From a virus (Duplodnaviria > Caudoviricetes), in the IMG/VR virus record IMGVR_UViG_3300028768_000001, positions 1-63,881 of that record: a stretch of DNA of 63,881 nt; one strand, given 5' to 3'. The position numbers and the translations under genes were made by a program. How positions within the stretch are numbered: position 1 is the stretch's first letter; each line of letters begins with the position of its first letter. Below, in pieces: positions 52,520 through 61,931 of the stretch. Below the pieces are notes generated by a model. The model was not told the DNA's origin. It searched no databases and was given only the letters and a program-made list of their open reading frames with translations.

Positions 52520-55464
52520 GCTTTCCTCCCACCTTGGATCGGCACCACGTTGGCGGGGGGTGTATAGGCGGTTTGAAACTGGGCGTGCATCTGACGATAG
52601 CCGTCGAACTTGGTCGCGTCGATCAGCCAGCAGCGCGTTTGCCCATTGCTGTAGATCGTGTCGGCACCGAGCACCTTTTGCGCGTCGCGTTTGGCGATCA
52701 CGCCCTCGTGCTCCAGCTGCCATTCGAGCGCGCGAAACGCGGTGTGGCTGCTCGCGCAATACTCCATCACGGCGTTGCGCGCGATATAGATCCGATCGGC
52801 ATCCAGCTCCACGCGCACGAGCAGCTCGTCGGTGGGCTTATGCGCGATATTGTCCAGGTTCGAGGCCGCTTTCACGCTCACGATCAAGGTGCTGCGCAAG
52901 TAGGCATTCAGAAAACCGTTGAGCATTTCCTGGGGCGTCGCGCGCGACTCTTTGATTGTCTCGCGCTGCTGCGAGAGGTGCGCGAGCATCCATTGCAGGT
53001 CCGACTCGTAGGGGTAGTCCAGCAGCCCGACCTTGGCCGCGATTTGCGCGGCGGTGTAGCACGCCGCCACCACGGCCGACCAGTAGCGTTCGGCTGATGC
53101 ATTGGTCGAGGCGCGCAGCCGGTCGACCTTCTCGATGTTGTGGATATACAGGCGCTTGACCGCTTCGTACTCGCGCACGATATGGCCCATGAAGATCGGC
53201 CCGGCGTGGCCGTAGTTCGTCCCCAGTGCGCGAATGAAGTGGTCCGCCGCAATCTTCGCCTCGGCCCCCGTATCGATCAGGCCGAAGTCCACGGCGATGA
53301 TGCGCATCAAGTGCGGGTCCACGTCGCGCCCCGAGCCCATGATGGCGCTGATCGTATCCAGGTTGGTCGACAGCAGCACGAGCAGCGACCACGTATCGAT
53401 ATGCTGCGTGATCGAGCCGTCGGACAGCATGCGGCGCTTGCCCTCGCCTTGCGTGATGTTCAAAAAAAGCCGCCGCAGCTCGTCCGTCTCGCGCTCGGTC
53501 ACGTCGTCCAGCAAGAACGGCAGCGAGTGGTACGTGCCCATCGTCGCGTACAGCGCATTGGTCGTGGCACCCTCCCGGTTGCCGTTCACGAGCAGCGCCG
53601 GGGGCGCGCCCCACACCGAGGAGCACGCTTTCAAACAGGTTGTCTTGCCGCGTCCCGATGCGCCCCCCGCGCACAGCACCGCCCCGTGGTTGCCGGTGTC
53701 GTTCATATGAAAAAGCGGCGAGGCAAAACTGGCGTAAATGAAAAAGCGATGTCCCTCGTAGCCCGGGTGGTTGTAGAACCGCAGCGCCGCCTGCCAGTCG
53801 GCCAGCGTGCCGGCGCTTTTCAAGCCGTGCTTGGTGGCCGACTGGATCGCCTCGCCCGCCGAGTGCGGCAGCACCTTGCCATCGCGATGCAAGATGCGGT
53901 CGCCCAGCACAAAGGCGGCATGTTCCTCGTGCCAGCCGAGCCGCTCGTACAGTTTGTCGCGCCCGGCATCCTTGGCGAGCTTTTGCAGGTAGGCGCTCAT
54001 GTAGTGCTGTGTCATTTTGGCTTGCTCTCCCGTGAGAATCAGGCCCTTTGAGCCGAGCAGTTTGATCAGCCCGCGCGCATCCGGGATCAAGGACAGCGGC
54101 ACGTTAAAGTCGCGCGGCGCCGGAGGCTGCCCTTTCACGAACGGTAGCAGCACACGCCAGCGGCTCGACTCGTCGACGTCGGCGTCGAGGTCGTTTTGGC
54201 TGCGGATCATGAGCGGGTACAGGTCGTACGGACAGACCAGCGCGTAGATCGGCCGCCCGTCCGCGTTTTCCAATTCGCGCACGATCGTCCCATCGGGGCG
54301 CCGCGAATATCCGACAGGTGGATCGGGAATGTCGATCGTCACCGGCGGCGCGGCATCGAACGTGAGCGTGACTTGCGGCGCGGCGACGTGCGCCACGACA
54401 CGTCCGAGCTGCGCGGGCGACGTCAGGGTGGACCAGTGGGGGCAGGCTTCGCACAGCTGCGGCTGCAGCTCGTGAAAGTGCTGGCAGGTAGTTGGCCCCG
54501 CGTTCCAATGTGCGAGCTTCGCGGCCGTGGCGGGCAGGTTGAAGTCAGCATGCGCATCCGAAATCGCTTGCGCGGCCAGCGTCTGTTGGTCGCAGAATTT
54601 CACGATCCCCAGGCCCGCGCGCCACAGCGGCTCGGCCACCCCCGCGCCACGCGTCGCGACTTGGGTGCCCATCTGCGCGCAGTGAAACGCGATGCGATCG
54701 AAATTCAGCGGCTCGTTGGTGGCGCCAAGGTTGTCCTCACCGCTCCAGGCGCCCGCTGGCGCCCCCGCCAGGGGCGCCCCGCTGCTCACCCCTTTGGCAC
54801 TGGCGGCGACGCCGTGCTGGCTGGCGTACGCCTCGATGCGCGCGGCGAAGTCGGTGAAGCTGACCGCTGCGCGCGCTTCGGCCAGCAGCGTCACGGTGGC
54901 GTGCCGGCGCGTGTTGTAGGAGCCGAGTGCACGCAGCACGCGCGCATGGTCGGAGGTCAAACTACGGTCGGCCTGAAAGTGTTCGTGCACGCAGATCGCT
55001 TTGAACTGCTCGGCTACCGGATGCCACAGGCGGGCCGGCACCTCGGCGGTGAGCGGCCAGTACACGTGGATGCCCCCGCCCGAGTCGACGATCATCGGCC
55101 GTGGCAGCCCGATCTTTTTGACGAACGCGCGCAGCTCGGCCAGCGCCTGCGCTTTGGAGGCGAACTTGAGCGGGTTATCCGGCTCGACGTCGAGATCGAG
55201 AAAGAACGCCTTGAGTGCCTGGGCGTTGACCTGGGTGCGCTGGCGCCAGCGGTGCTTGTCCGCATCCCAGTAGCGCGCTTTGTCGTAGCTGGCAACGGCA
55301 AAGTAGGCGGCTTGGTGCTCGAACGTCAATGTGTTGATATGCGCGATGGCGCTGTCAAGCGACTCGTGCGCGACGTTACTCCAGCCGGCGTCGGCCGGCG
55401 TGGCGGTAAAGAGAATCCCCGTGGACGGCACCACGAGCAACAGGAATTGCCGCAAATCCATCAC
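52516..55464 (-). CDS. primase-helicase (AEP-type primase + Zn finger + DUF927/SF3-like ATPase)
   Basis: FFLDLD, DSGGGIHVYW, C..F..C..CPH, GASGRGKTT, LLDD. Confidence 0.88.
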   Translation of the reverse strand: MMDLRQFLLLVVPSTGILFTATPADAGWSNVAHESLDSAIAHINTLTFEHQAAYFAVASYDKARYWDADKHRWRQRTQVNAQALKAFFLDLDVEPDNPLKFASKAQALAELRAFVKKIGLPRPMIVDSGGGIHVYWPLTAEVPARLWHPVAEQFKAICVHEHFQADRSLTSDHARVLRALGSYNTRRHATVTLLAEARAAVSFTDFAARIEAYASQHGVAASAKGVSSGAPLAGAPAGAWSGEDNLGATNEPLNFDRIAFHCAQMGTQVATRGAGVAEPLWRAGLGIVKFCDQQTLAAQAISDAHADFNLPATAAKLAHWNAGPTTCQHFHELQPQLCEACPHWSTLTSPAQLGRVVAHVAAPQVTLTFDAAPPVTIDIPDPPVGYSRRPDGTIVRELENADGRPIYALVCPYDLYPLMIRSQNDLDADVDESSRWRVLLPFVKGQPPAPRDFNVPLSLIPDARGLIKLLGSKGLILTGEQAKMTQHYMSAYLQKLAKDAGRDKLYERLGWHEEHAAFVLGDRILHRDGKVLPHSAGEAIQSATKHGLKSAGTLADWQAALRFYNHPGYEGHRFFIYASFASPLFHMNDTGNHGAVLCAGGASGRGKTTCLKACSSVWGAPPALLVNGNREGATTNALYATMGTYHSLPFLLDDVTERETDELRRLFLNITQGEGKRRMLSDGSITQHIDTWSLLVLLSTNLDTISAIMGSGRDVDPHLMRIIAVDFGLIDTGAEAKIAADHFIRALGTNYGHAGPIFMGHIVREYEAVKRLYIHNIEKVDRLRASTNASAERYWSAVVAACYTAAQIAAKVGLLDYPYESDLQWMLAHLSQQRETIKESRATPQEMLNGFLNAYLRSTLIVSVKAASNLDNIAHKPTDELLVRVELDADRIYIARNAVMEYCASSHTAFRALEWQLEHEGVIAKRDAQKVLGADTIYSNGQTRCWLIDATKFDGYRQMHAQFQTAYTPPANVVPIQGGRKA

Positions 55465-55496
55465 TGCCCCCTATCGAGATTGCGAAGCAGCCGGCG

Positions 55497-55844
55497 TTAC
55501 TCGGGGCGTGGTGGGGGTCGGTGCGCCACCAGCAGGTTTTTCATTTGCGCCGTGCGCTGCCCATCATCGCCCGCGAGCGGCAAGTCGTTGGCCCGTTTGG
55601 CTTTGCGCAGCACCGTGACCAAGCGGCGCAGGCGTTGCAGCGTGGTCGGGTCGCGCGGCTGCACTGCGCCGTACATCCAGCGATAGACCGTGACGTTGGC
55701 GACATCCAGCAAGGTCGCCACGAGCTTGACCGGTACGTTGCCTTCCACGACCAGCTCGCCCAGGATCGGCCCGAGTGCGTCCGGGTCCAGCGTACGAGCG
55801 TGGGCGATTTGGCGGCGCCGCTCGACGGTAATGATGCGCGACAT
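55497..55844 (-). CDS. XRE/Cro-like HTH DNA-binding protein
   Basis: PVKLVATLLDVANVTVYRW..G..P. Confidence 0.75.
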   Translation of the reverse strand: MSRIITVERRRQIAHARTLDPDALGPILGELVVEGNVPVKLVATLLDVANVTVYRWMYGAVQPRDPTTLQRLRRLVTVLRKAKRANDLPLAGDDGQRTAQMKNLLVAHRPPPRPE

Positions 55845-55898
55845 AGTTCGTTCTCCGAAAGAGTAGGGGCAGCGCTTAAGTGGCCGCCCCCGCGCATC

Positions 55899-57134
55899 TC
55901 ATTCACTGTCATCCCAGCCATCGAGCAGCTGCCGCAGTCCGGCCGGGCTGCCCGTCTCAACGGCCGTAGCGGCGGGCTTTTCGGGCGACGCCTTAGCCGG
56001 TTGCGCGACCGCGGCGGGGGTTTGTGCGGGCGGCTTGGGTGACTCGGCTGCCGTCGCCCCGAACCCGTCGTCCTCGGTTTCCGCTTCCGCTTCGGCTGCT
56101 GCCGCCGCCGCTGCCGCCGCTTCGGCAGCCTTGCGCGCCTCTTCGGCTTTAGCTTGCTTCGCTTTCTTGGCCGCGTCTTTTTTCGCCTGCTCCTGCGCCT
56201 TGGCTTGCTCCTGCGCCTTGCTGGTTGCCGCGCGTGCGGCCGTTTGTGCCTCGACCTCGGCTGTGTCGTCGTCTGCCGAACGGCTTGTCGGCGCCGCCGT
56301 ATCGGACTCGACGCCCTCGCTCGCGATACCCGGCTGACCCGCCACTCCGTCATTCGAGCCATCGCCCGTTAAAATCTTGGCGATCGGTTCGGCATCGTCG
56401 ACGAGACGCTGTTTGGCCGCGGCCGCTTCGTCCGGGTTCAGCCAGCGCGTAGCCGAAAAGAGCAGCTTCGGATAGGCCATGCGGGGGTCGAACTTCACCT
56501 TGGTTTCCACCGCTGCCGTGTGCTTGGCGCTGCGTACGCGCAGCATGTCCAGGAACTGATCCCAGGCATACCAGCCCTGCGCTTCGTTCACGCCGTTATC
56601 CTTATCCCACACCGAGGTTTGCGCGAGGCGCAGCAGCATGACCGGCACTTTCGGATCGCCCACCTTGCCCGAGGGCACCACGGCCACGCGCTTGAACGGC
56701 GCGCACAGCGTGCTTTGCTTGCCCGCGTCGGTGATCTTGCTGCCCTTGACCGCGTTCGGGCAGCTCGCGCACGTCTTGGCAATCGGATCGGCAATTGAGG
56801 CATCCGGCGTCACGCCGTCGACGCTGGAGCACCGCGGGCGCTTGTTCGCTCCGTCCACGAAGTCACCCTCGTAGTAGGCGCGCGAGCGGCCCTTGTTGTG
56901 GTCGAGCACCACCAGCGTGATGATCGGCACCGGCTCCATGTCACCCGTGTCAGCATTGCGCCGCTGCACGGGATGCTCTTCGCCGTCGATCACGGTGCGC
57001 CACTTGCTGCCCTTATACGAGAGCGTGTTGATCGAATTGCGGGGCTGAATGTTGCCCTCTTCGCCAAAGAGCGAAAGCAAATGTGCCGGTACTTCGGTCG
57101 AGCCGCTGTTAAACGGAATGATGTTGTTGCCCAT
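55899..57134 (-). CDS. putative ssDNA-binding/annealing protein
   Basis: P.C.S.DG..PD...C..CP...GS motif; acidic C-terminal tail WDDSE; replication context. Confidence 0.55.
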   Translation of the reverse strand: MGNNIIPFNSGSTEVPAHLLSLFGEEGNIQPRNSINTLSYKGSKWRTVIDGEEHPVQRRNADTGDMEPVPIITLVVLDHNKGRSRAYYEGDFVDGANKRPRCSSVDGVTPDASIADPIAKTCASCPNAVKGSKITDAGKQSTLCAPFKRVAVVPSGKVGDPKVPVMLLRLAQTSVWDKDNGVNEAQGWYAWDQFLDMLRVRSAKHTAAVETKVKFDPRMAYPKLLFSATRWLNPDEAAAAKQRLVDDAEPIAKILTGDGSNDGVAGQPGIASEGVESDTAAPTSRSADDDTAEVEAQTAARAATSKAQEQAKAQEQAKKDAAKKAKQAKAEEARKAAEAAAAAAAAAEAEAETEDDGFGATAAESPKPPAQTPAAVAQPAKASPEKPAATAVETGSPAGLRQLLDGWDDSE

Positions 57135-57156
57135 AATGGCCATCCCTTGAGATTGG

Positions 57157-57717
57157 TTAAACACTCGTCGTGATTGTCGACAGACCCAGCGCCCGATAGA
57201 TATCGCGCAAATGCTGCGCTTGGCTTACCGCATCATCGAGCGCGTTGTGATGCGTGCCTTGCCGTTGCAGAGCGACGCTACGCGCCCCCGGTAAATTTTT
57301 GAGCGTGCGATAGCAGCGTTCCTTAAACCAATCCCACGGCAACTCTTTGCCACAGGTCCGATAGGCCGCTTCGAGCAGCCCACAATCGAAGCGCGCGCTG
57401 TTGCCCCACATGCTCATCGGGCGCGAGCCCCACCAATCGGTGAACGCATCGAGTGCGAGTGACAACTTCACTTGCTTGATGTCGTTGAATGCTTGCACAC
57501 GTGCCGCTTCTTCTTGCTGCATCCACCACTTGATGGTGGAACTCGATGGGCGCATGCCCAGCTCCAGACAGGATTCCAGATCGATCGCCTGATAGAACAC
57601 GTCGGTGATCGGACTGTCGTCCAGTGCGAAGGCGCAGGCGCCGATCGCAAGCACCGGTGAGTACGGCGCCGTGCCCAGCGTTTCGAGATCCAGCATCACC
57701 TCGGTTAGCTCAGTCAT
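57157..57717 (-). CDS. DEDD 3'-5' exonuclease
   Basis: MLDLETLG, WGN...FD, HNALDDA. Confidence 0.88.
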   Translation of the reverse strand: MTELTEVMLDLETLGTAPYSPVLAIGACAFALDDSPITDVFYQAIDLESCLELGMRPSSSTIKWWMQQEEAARVQAFNDIKQVKLSLALDAFTDWWGSRPMSMWGNSARFDCGLLEAAYRTCGKELPWDWFKERCYRTLKNLPGARSVALQRQGTHHNALDDAVSQAQHLRDIYRALGLSTITTSV

Positions 57718-58160
57718 TTATCGCTCGCTTTGCGAACCCGCATTACGCGTTCGCGAAAAAGGTTTAGCCCTGGCGGCAAGGTGCCGCCGCTTTGTTCCAT
57801 GTACTGCTGTACATGCGTGGCACTGATGCGGCGCTCGAAAAAGTCCAGATCGCCCAGCTGCCTGACGAAGGCATAAAACGCCGCATCGTCGGCAATCGAA
57901 TACTTCGGCACCTCCGCGGCGTAGGTGGTGCCGCACGGGGTGGTGAAGCCCGACACGCCCTGCGCATCGGCGTCGCGCAGCATGCTGTTTTGGCATACGT
58001 CCATGATTTGTTCGTACTGTGCCTTTTCATCGTCGAAGCACTTTTGCGCGGCGGCTTTCGCTTGCCGTGTCTTGAGGAAAAGCTTGACGCGCTTTTCCAC
58101 CGACATAGCGGGGATCGTCTTCAAGAACTCTTCCAATAGATTCGTTTCCATCTTGCCCAT
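57714..58160 (-). CDS. conserved phage replication-region protein
   Basis: T..GT.Y...D...FY.FV...F.E.RI....V..Y.E...PPG pattern. Confidence 0.7.
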   Translation of the reverse strand: MGKMETNLLEEFLKTIPAMSVEKRVKLFLKTRQAKAAAQKCFDDEKAQYEQIMDVCQNSMLRDADAQGVSGFTTPCGTTYAAEVPKYSIADDAAFYAFVRQLGDLDFFERRISATHVQQYMEQSGGTLPPGLNLFRERVMRVRKASDK

Positions 58161-58201
58161 CGCACGTTCTCCTCGTTTAGCGATCCGATATGATCAGTTT
58201 C

Positions 58202-59818
58202 CTAAACCAATTGCATACTTTCAACTTGCACATAGGGCATGATTTCGTGTTGATACAATTCCAAAATCGACTCTTGTGTCAGGGCGTGCCCTTCCACCAC
58301 CGCGTAAATGTTTTTTTCCAGCAGCGTCGCGTACATGCGCACGATCGTCATCTTGCGGGTCTGCCCCGGCCGGTTAAAGCGGTCCATGACTTGCGTCGTG
58401 TCTTCGTTGCTGAACACCGGGGCATAGAACACGATCAAGTCCGCTTGTGTCAGGTTCATGCCGTGCGCCATGACTTTCGGGTGGCACACGAGTTCGGTGA
58501 GCGTGGCGTCTTCACGAAACGCGCGGAAGATCGCCGTGCGCTTGGCCGGTGTCACGTCGCCGTTCATGACCATCACGCGCCGGCCGTCCTTACGATGGTC
58601 GTGCCACGCCTGAATCTCGGCGCACAGCGTCGCCACGATACCCTTGTATGGCACGATAATCAGCACCTTGGCGCTGGCTTCCTCGATCGTCTCCAGCAAC
58701 ACCTTAAGCCGTGGGGCGTGGTCCAGCGTGATGTACTGCTGCGTGGCCGTGTCCTTGACCGCACCGCACAGGATCTGGCGCAGCTTGCCGAGCTTGTCGG
58801 CCGCATTGATCGCGGTGATCTGCTGCTTGGCGGCCTCGGCCACGCAATAGTTTTTCATCTGCTGGTACGCCAGCTTCTGCGCATCGGACAGTGGACATTG
58901 CCGGTAGGTTTTCGTGACGGGCGGCAGCTGCAGACACTCACTTTTCTTAAAACGAATGGCCGGTTGCATCGCGTTGTAGGCGATTTCATGCGCACCGATT
59001 TTCGGCACCCACTTGTAGGTGGAAACCTGATTCATCGTCATGCGCTTGAATTGGTTGTAGTACGGCGGCACGCGCGACTTGTCGACCAAACGCGCCAGCG
59101 CCCAGGCATCGGTCGGCGCGTTCGGGCAAGGCGTGCCGGTCAGCAGCCATAGCTTCTTGCCGGCGCTGACTTTCTCCAGCGTCTTGTACAGCGCCGTCCC
59201 GGCGTTGCGAAACGCCGCTGCTTCATCAACGATAACGAGGTCGATGTCCCGACGTTTGATGATGTCGGCGCCAAGAATTTTTAGACCGTCGTGATTGATG
59301 ATGTAAAAATCGACTGGCTGCGCAAGCCGTTCGCGCCGGGTATCCGCATCGGCATGTAACACTAAAGCCGTGCGGTGCATACACACGTCGAATATCTCGT
59401 TGAGCCATACCTCCTCCAGCGTAGAAAGTTTGGCGGCGATGAGCACGCGCTGAATGCGCCCGAGCTGCATGAGATAGTCGGCGGCCCACAAGGCACTCGC
59501 CGTCTTGCTCGTGCCCTGCTCGTTCAACACAAAACAGCGCGGATGCAGCGTGAGGAAATCCGCCGTGGTGTACTGATGATCGAAGACCTGATCGAAGCGC
59601 GCGGGCCGGGGCCAGTTATAGAAATACCGGATTGGGCTGGGCGCGCGAATGCCCATATTGCGCAGCACTTTAACGACCGACAAGTTATACGGCAATGCCA
59701 GGTTATGACCCTGGTAATCCAGTGACTTGCTGTGCGCGGGAAAAATTTCGCGCAGGGTCGAATAAGCCTTCGGCCGGACTTTGAGCAAAAGACTTTGTGA
59801 GGGCGTATGAACGATCAT
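58202..59818 (-). CDS. SNF2-family helicase
   Basis: EQGTSKT (I), IVDEA (II), LTGTP (III), GMNLT (V), Q..DRF.R.GQ (VI). Confidence 0.9.
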   Translation of the reverse strand: MIVHTPSQSLLLKVRPKAYSTLREIFPAHSKSLDYQGHNLALPYNLSVVKVLRNMGIRAPSPIRYFYNWPRPARFDQVFDHQYTTADFLTLHPRCFVLNEQGTSKTASALWAADYLMQLGRIQRVLIAAKLSTLEEVWLNEIFDVCMHRTALVLHADADTRRERLAQPVDFYIINHDGLKILGADIIKRRDIDLVIVDEAAAFRNAGTALYKTLEKVSAGKKLWLLTGTPCPNAPTDAWALARLVDKSRVPPYYNQFKRMTMNQVSTYKWVPKIGAHEIAYNAMQPAIRFKKSECLQLPPVTKTYRQCPLSDAQKLAYQQMKNYCVAEAAKQQITAINAADKLGKLRQILCGAVKDTATQQYITLDHAPRLKVLLETIEEASAKVLIIVPYKGIVATLCAEIQAWHDHRKDGRRVMVMNGDVTPAKRTAIFRAFREDATLTELVCHPKVMAHGMNLTQADLIVFYAPVFSNEDTTQVMDRFNRPGQTRKMTIVRMYATLLEKNIYAVVEGHALTQESILELYQHEIMPYVQVESMQLV

Positions 59819-60102
59819 GATAGGAGCTGCAAAAATGCTTCGAGAATATTCAACTCGGCGTCGCACGACACTAGAAAAACGAATCCACCCGCGTCCTTCA
59901 TCCTGCGCATGGTTGCTAACTGCCGGGCTGTTGGCTGCTGGCCTTGTGCCTTTGTTTCGACCGAACAAAAATGCCCCCGCACACAGGCGACGAAATCAAG
60001 CGTGGGCTCGCCCATCCCGTTCTGTACGGGCATGTGGTAATACACCCCGTATTGTTTGAACAGGCGTTTTACTTTCGCCTTAACTTTTCCCTCATCGGTC
60101 AC
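59815..60102 (-). CDS. VRR-NUC domain nuclease
   Basis: E..VK..V, G...LDF..C..G.F..VETK...PT.RQ....GG. Confidence 0.85.
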   Translation of the reverse strand: MTDEGKVKAKVKRLFKQYGVYYHMPVQNGMGEPTLDFVACVRGHFCSVETKAQGQQPTARQLATMRRMKDAGGFVFLVSCDAELNILEAFLQLLS

Positions 60103-60209
60103 TTGAAATAACCGCTCAAGTAATCCGCCGTGCGCCAGATGAAACGCTGTACCTCGATACAAAACACCAAAATCATGACGATCCATAGCCCACTGATGAG
60201 CCGGTCCAT
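60099..60209 (-). CDS. 36-aa membrane peptide (not in ORF track)
   Basis: MDRLISGLWIVMILVFCIEVQRFIWRTADYLSGYFK*; GTGA overlap with the VRR-NUC start. Confidence 0.45.
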   Translation of the reverse strand: MDRLISGLWIVMILVFCIEVQRFIWRTADYLSGYFK

Positions 60210-60220
60210 CAACTTATTCA

Positions 60221-60919
60221 TTATCGTGATCCCGCGCCGAAATACTCACAAGTGTCCACCGCACAATACTTCTTGCATAAACCACTCGGCTTCGGCTTAA
60301 ACAACTCGATCTCGAACGCCGCTTTGTAGCGCTGCAGCTTCGGGATCAACGTTTCCCACAGCTTGGGGATCTGATGCCGATGAAACGTCTCGCGATCCTT
60401 GGCCGATTCGCCGAAGCCATGCTGCACCCAATGGAATGCGGTATGGCAGGTCTCGATCTCGGGATGCCAGTAAAAGACGTGCAGCGCCGAGATGATCAGC
60501 TGCTGCATATCCTTCTTGCGATTCTTGCCCGTCTTGTGATCGTCGACCTGCGCCACGGGGCCATCTAACGTCAGCACATCGAGGATCGCGCGGCACCACA
60601 CGTTGGCCGCGAAAAAATCACACGGCGCCAGCTGCAGGTCCAACGCGTAGCGGCGCTCGACATATGTCTTGCCCGGGCGCCCAATGAACTGCGCGAGGTA
60701 ATCCGCGTACGACTGCATGTCGGCGCCCAGCGGCGTCACGGCCTCGCCCGCCACCGATTGCTCGATGAACTGCTCGGCGGCCTTGTGGAACCGATCACCC
60801 CACAAGTTGGCCGCGTGCTTCACGTCGGTGAAGTTGCGCAGCACCTGCACCTGTTCGAACTGGCGCGCGCATTGCTCGAACGCCGAGAGCTTGCTGTGCG
60901 TCCACGGCAACGGTTTCAT
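60221..60919 (-). CDS. Cas4/RecB-like PD-(D/E)xK exonuclease
   Basis: S.L..F..C, G..FH, LD, DHKTGK, C-terminal C...C...C. Confidence 0.85.
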   Translation of the reverse strand: MKPLPWTHSKLSAFEQCARQFEQVQVLRNFTDVKHAANLWGDRFHKAAEQFIEQSVAGEAVTPLGADMQSYADYLAQFIGRPGKTYVERRYALDLQLAPCDFFAANVWCRAILDVLTLDGPVAQVDDHKTGKNRKKDMQQLIISALHVFYWHPEIETCHTAFHWVQHGFGESAKDRETFHRHQIPKLWETLIPKLQRYKAAFEIELFKPKPSGLCKKYCAVDTCEYFGAGSR

Positions 60920-60928
60920 GAGTTTGAC

Positions 60929-61207
60929 CTAGCTGTTGTGCTTCGCGCTGCCGTTGGGGTTGCGCGGGAAGCTACGATTCTTGTGTGCCGACTCGACCCG
61001 CAGATTCGACATAGCCTCGGGGGCGCCCCCCTTGGAGAGCATGCGAATATGATCCACGTCCTGGCCGTCGTGCTTGTGCACCATGCCTAACTGCGCGAGC
61101 TTGTAGCGGGCACGATCGCGTTCGTTGCGTTTGAGCTTTTCGCCGCGCGCGTCCGACGTGCGCTTTTCCTGCCGGTAATTACGCACATAGTTCGGTGAGC
61201 TAGGCAT
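60929..61207 (-). CDS. small HNH endonuclease
   Basis: DVDH...LSKGG...NLRV.....NRS. Confidence 0.8.
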   Translation of the reverse strand: MPSSPNYVRNYRQEKRTSDARGEKLKRNERDRARYKLAQLGMVHKHDGQDVDHIRMLSKGGAPEAMSNLRVESAHKNRSFPRNPNGSAKHNS

Positions 61208-61409
61208 CGCGGTGCTCCTGCGCTTCGGGCTCACCCTGCATCACGCGATAGCCGAACTTCTCCAACACGTCATCGGATAGCACGCGTTCGAAGGGCACGC
61301 CCGTTACGCCTAGAAGCTTTGCGCGGCGCGTGGACCTGTCGAATTCCAGAATCTTGAATCGCAGGCCCTGCGCTTTCGTCGACTCCAGATACCACTGCAT
61401 AACCGACAC
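61200..61409 (-). CDS. hypothetical protein
   Basis: Operon packing. Confidence 0.65.
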   Translation of the reverse strand: MSVMQWYLESTKAQGLRFKILEFDRSTRRAKLLGVTGVPFERVLSDDVLEKFGYRVMQGEPEAQEHRDA

Positions 61410-61423
61410 CCCCTAGCGGTTCG

Positions 61424-61678
61424 TCAAAGCATCGTGCGCACTTGCGCGACGAGATGGCGAATCTCTGCCATGACATCGCCGCCGTACTGGATGGCCAGCG
61501 CTTCGATGCGATCGAGCGTACCCAAGCCAGGATGCTCGGCCCCGGCGTCAGGCTCGACGGGCGGCTCGGGCTCGGTGTGCGCATCGAGGCTTAGGCCAAA
61601 GTCGACATCAGGCGGGAGGGTCGGGGTGGCAACTTCTTCGGGGATCATGGTGGCGGGGTTCGCTTGCGGGTCGGACAT
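61424..61678 (-). CDS. acidic hypothetical protein
   Basis: AGGAG RBS inside the palindrome. Confidence 0.65.
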   Translation of the reverse strand: MSDPQANPATMIPEEVATPTLPPDVDFGLSLDAHTEPEPPVEPDAGAEHPGLGTLDRIEALAIQYGGDVMAEIRHLVAQVRTML

Positions 61679-61695
61679 TTAGGACTCCTAACTAA
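61675..61695. promoter_or_regulatory. operator-like palindrome containing the RBS and start codon
   Basis: Minus strand TTAGTTAGGA-G-TCCTAAATGT. Confidence 0.7.
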
Positions 61696-61709
61696 TGGGG
61701 GAAAAATTT

Positions 61710-61907
61710 TTACTCGGGTGCCTTGGGCTGCAGACGGTCCCGCTGCTTGCGCGCTTCGTTGACGATCGAAAAATCGCGCTGCGTGACCGGTCTGCCGTTG
61801 ATGTCGGTGCCGAACTGCAACCTGATCTTGGCCGCATCGATCAGTGTTGAAAGTATAGACATGAGCGCGGCGGATTCATTAGGAGTCCTACACATTTTTT
61901 TGGTCAT
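61710..61907 (-). CDS. hypothetical protein
   Basis: Fills the gap after polA; contains a palindrome copy at 61877-61893. Confidence 0.5.
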   Translation of the reverse strand: MTKKMCRTPNESAALMSILSTLIDAAKIRLQFGTDINGRPVTQRDFSIVNEARKQRDRLQPKAPE

Positions 61908-61931
61908 GATTTTTCCCAGCGTTGATGAATG

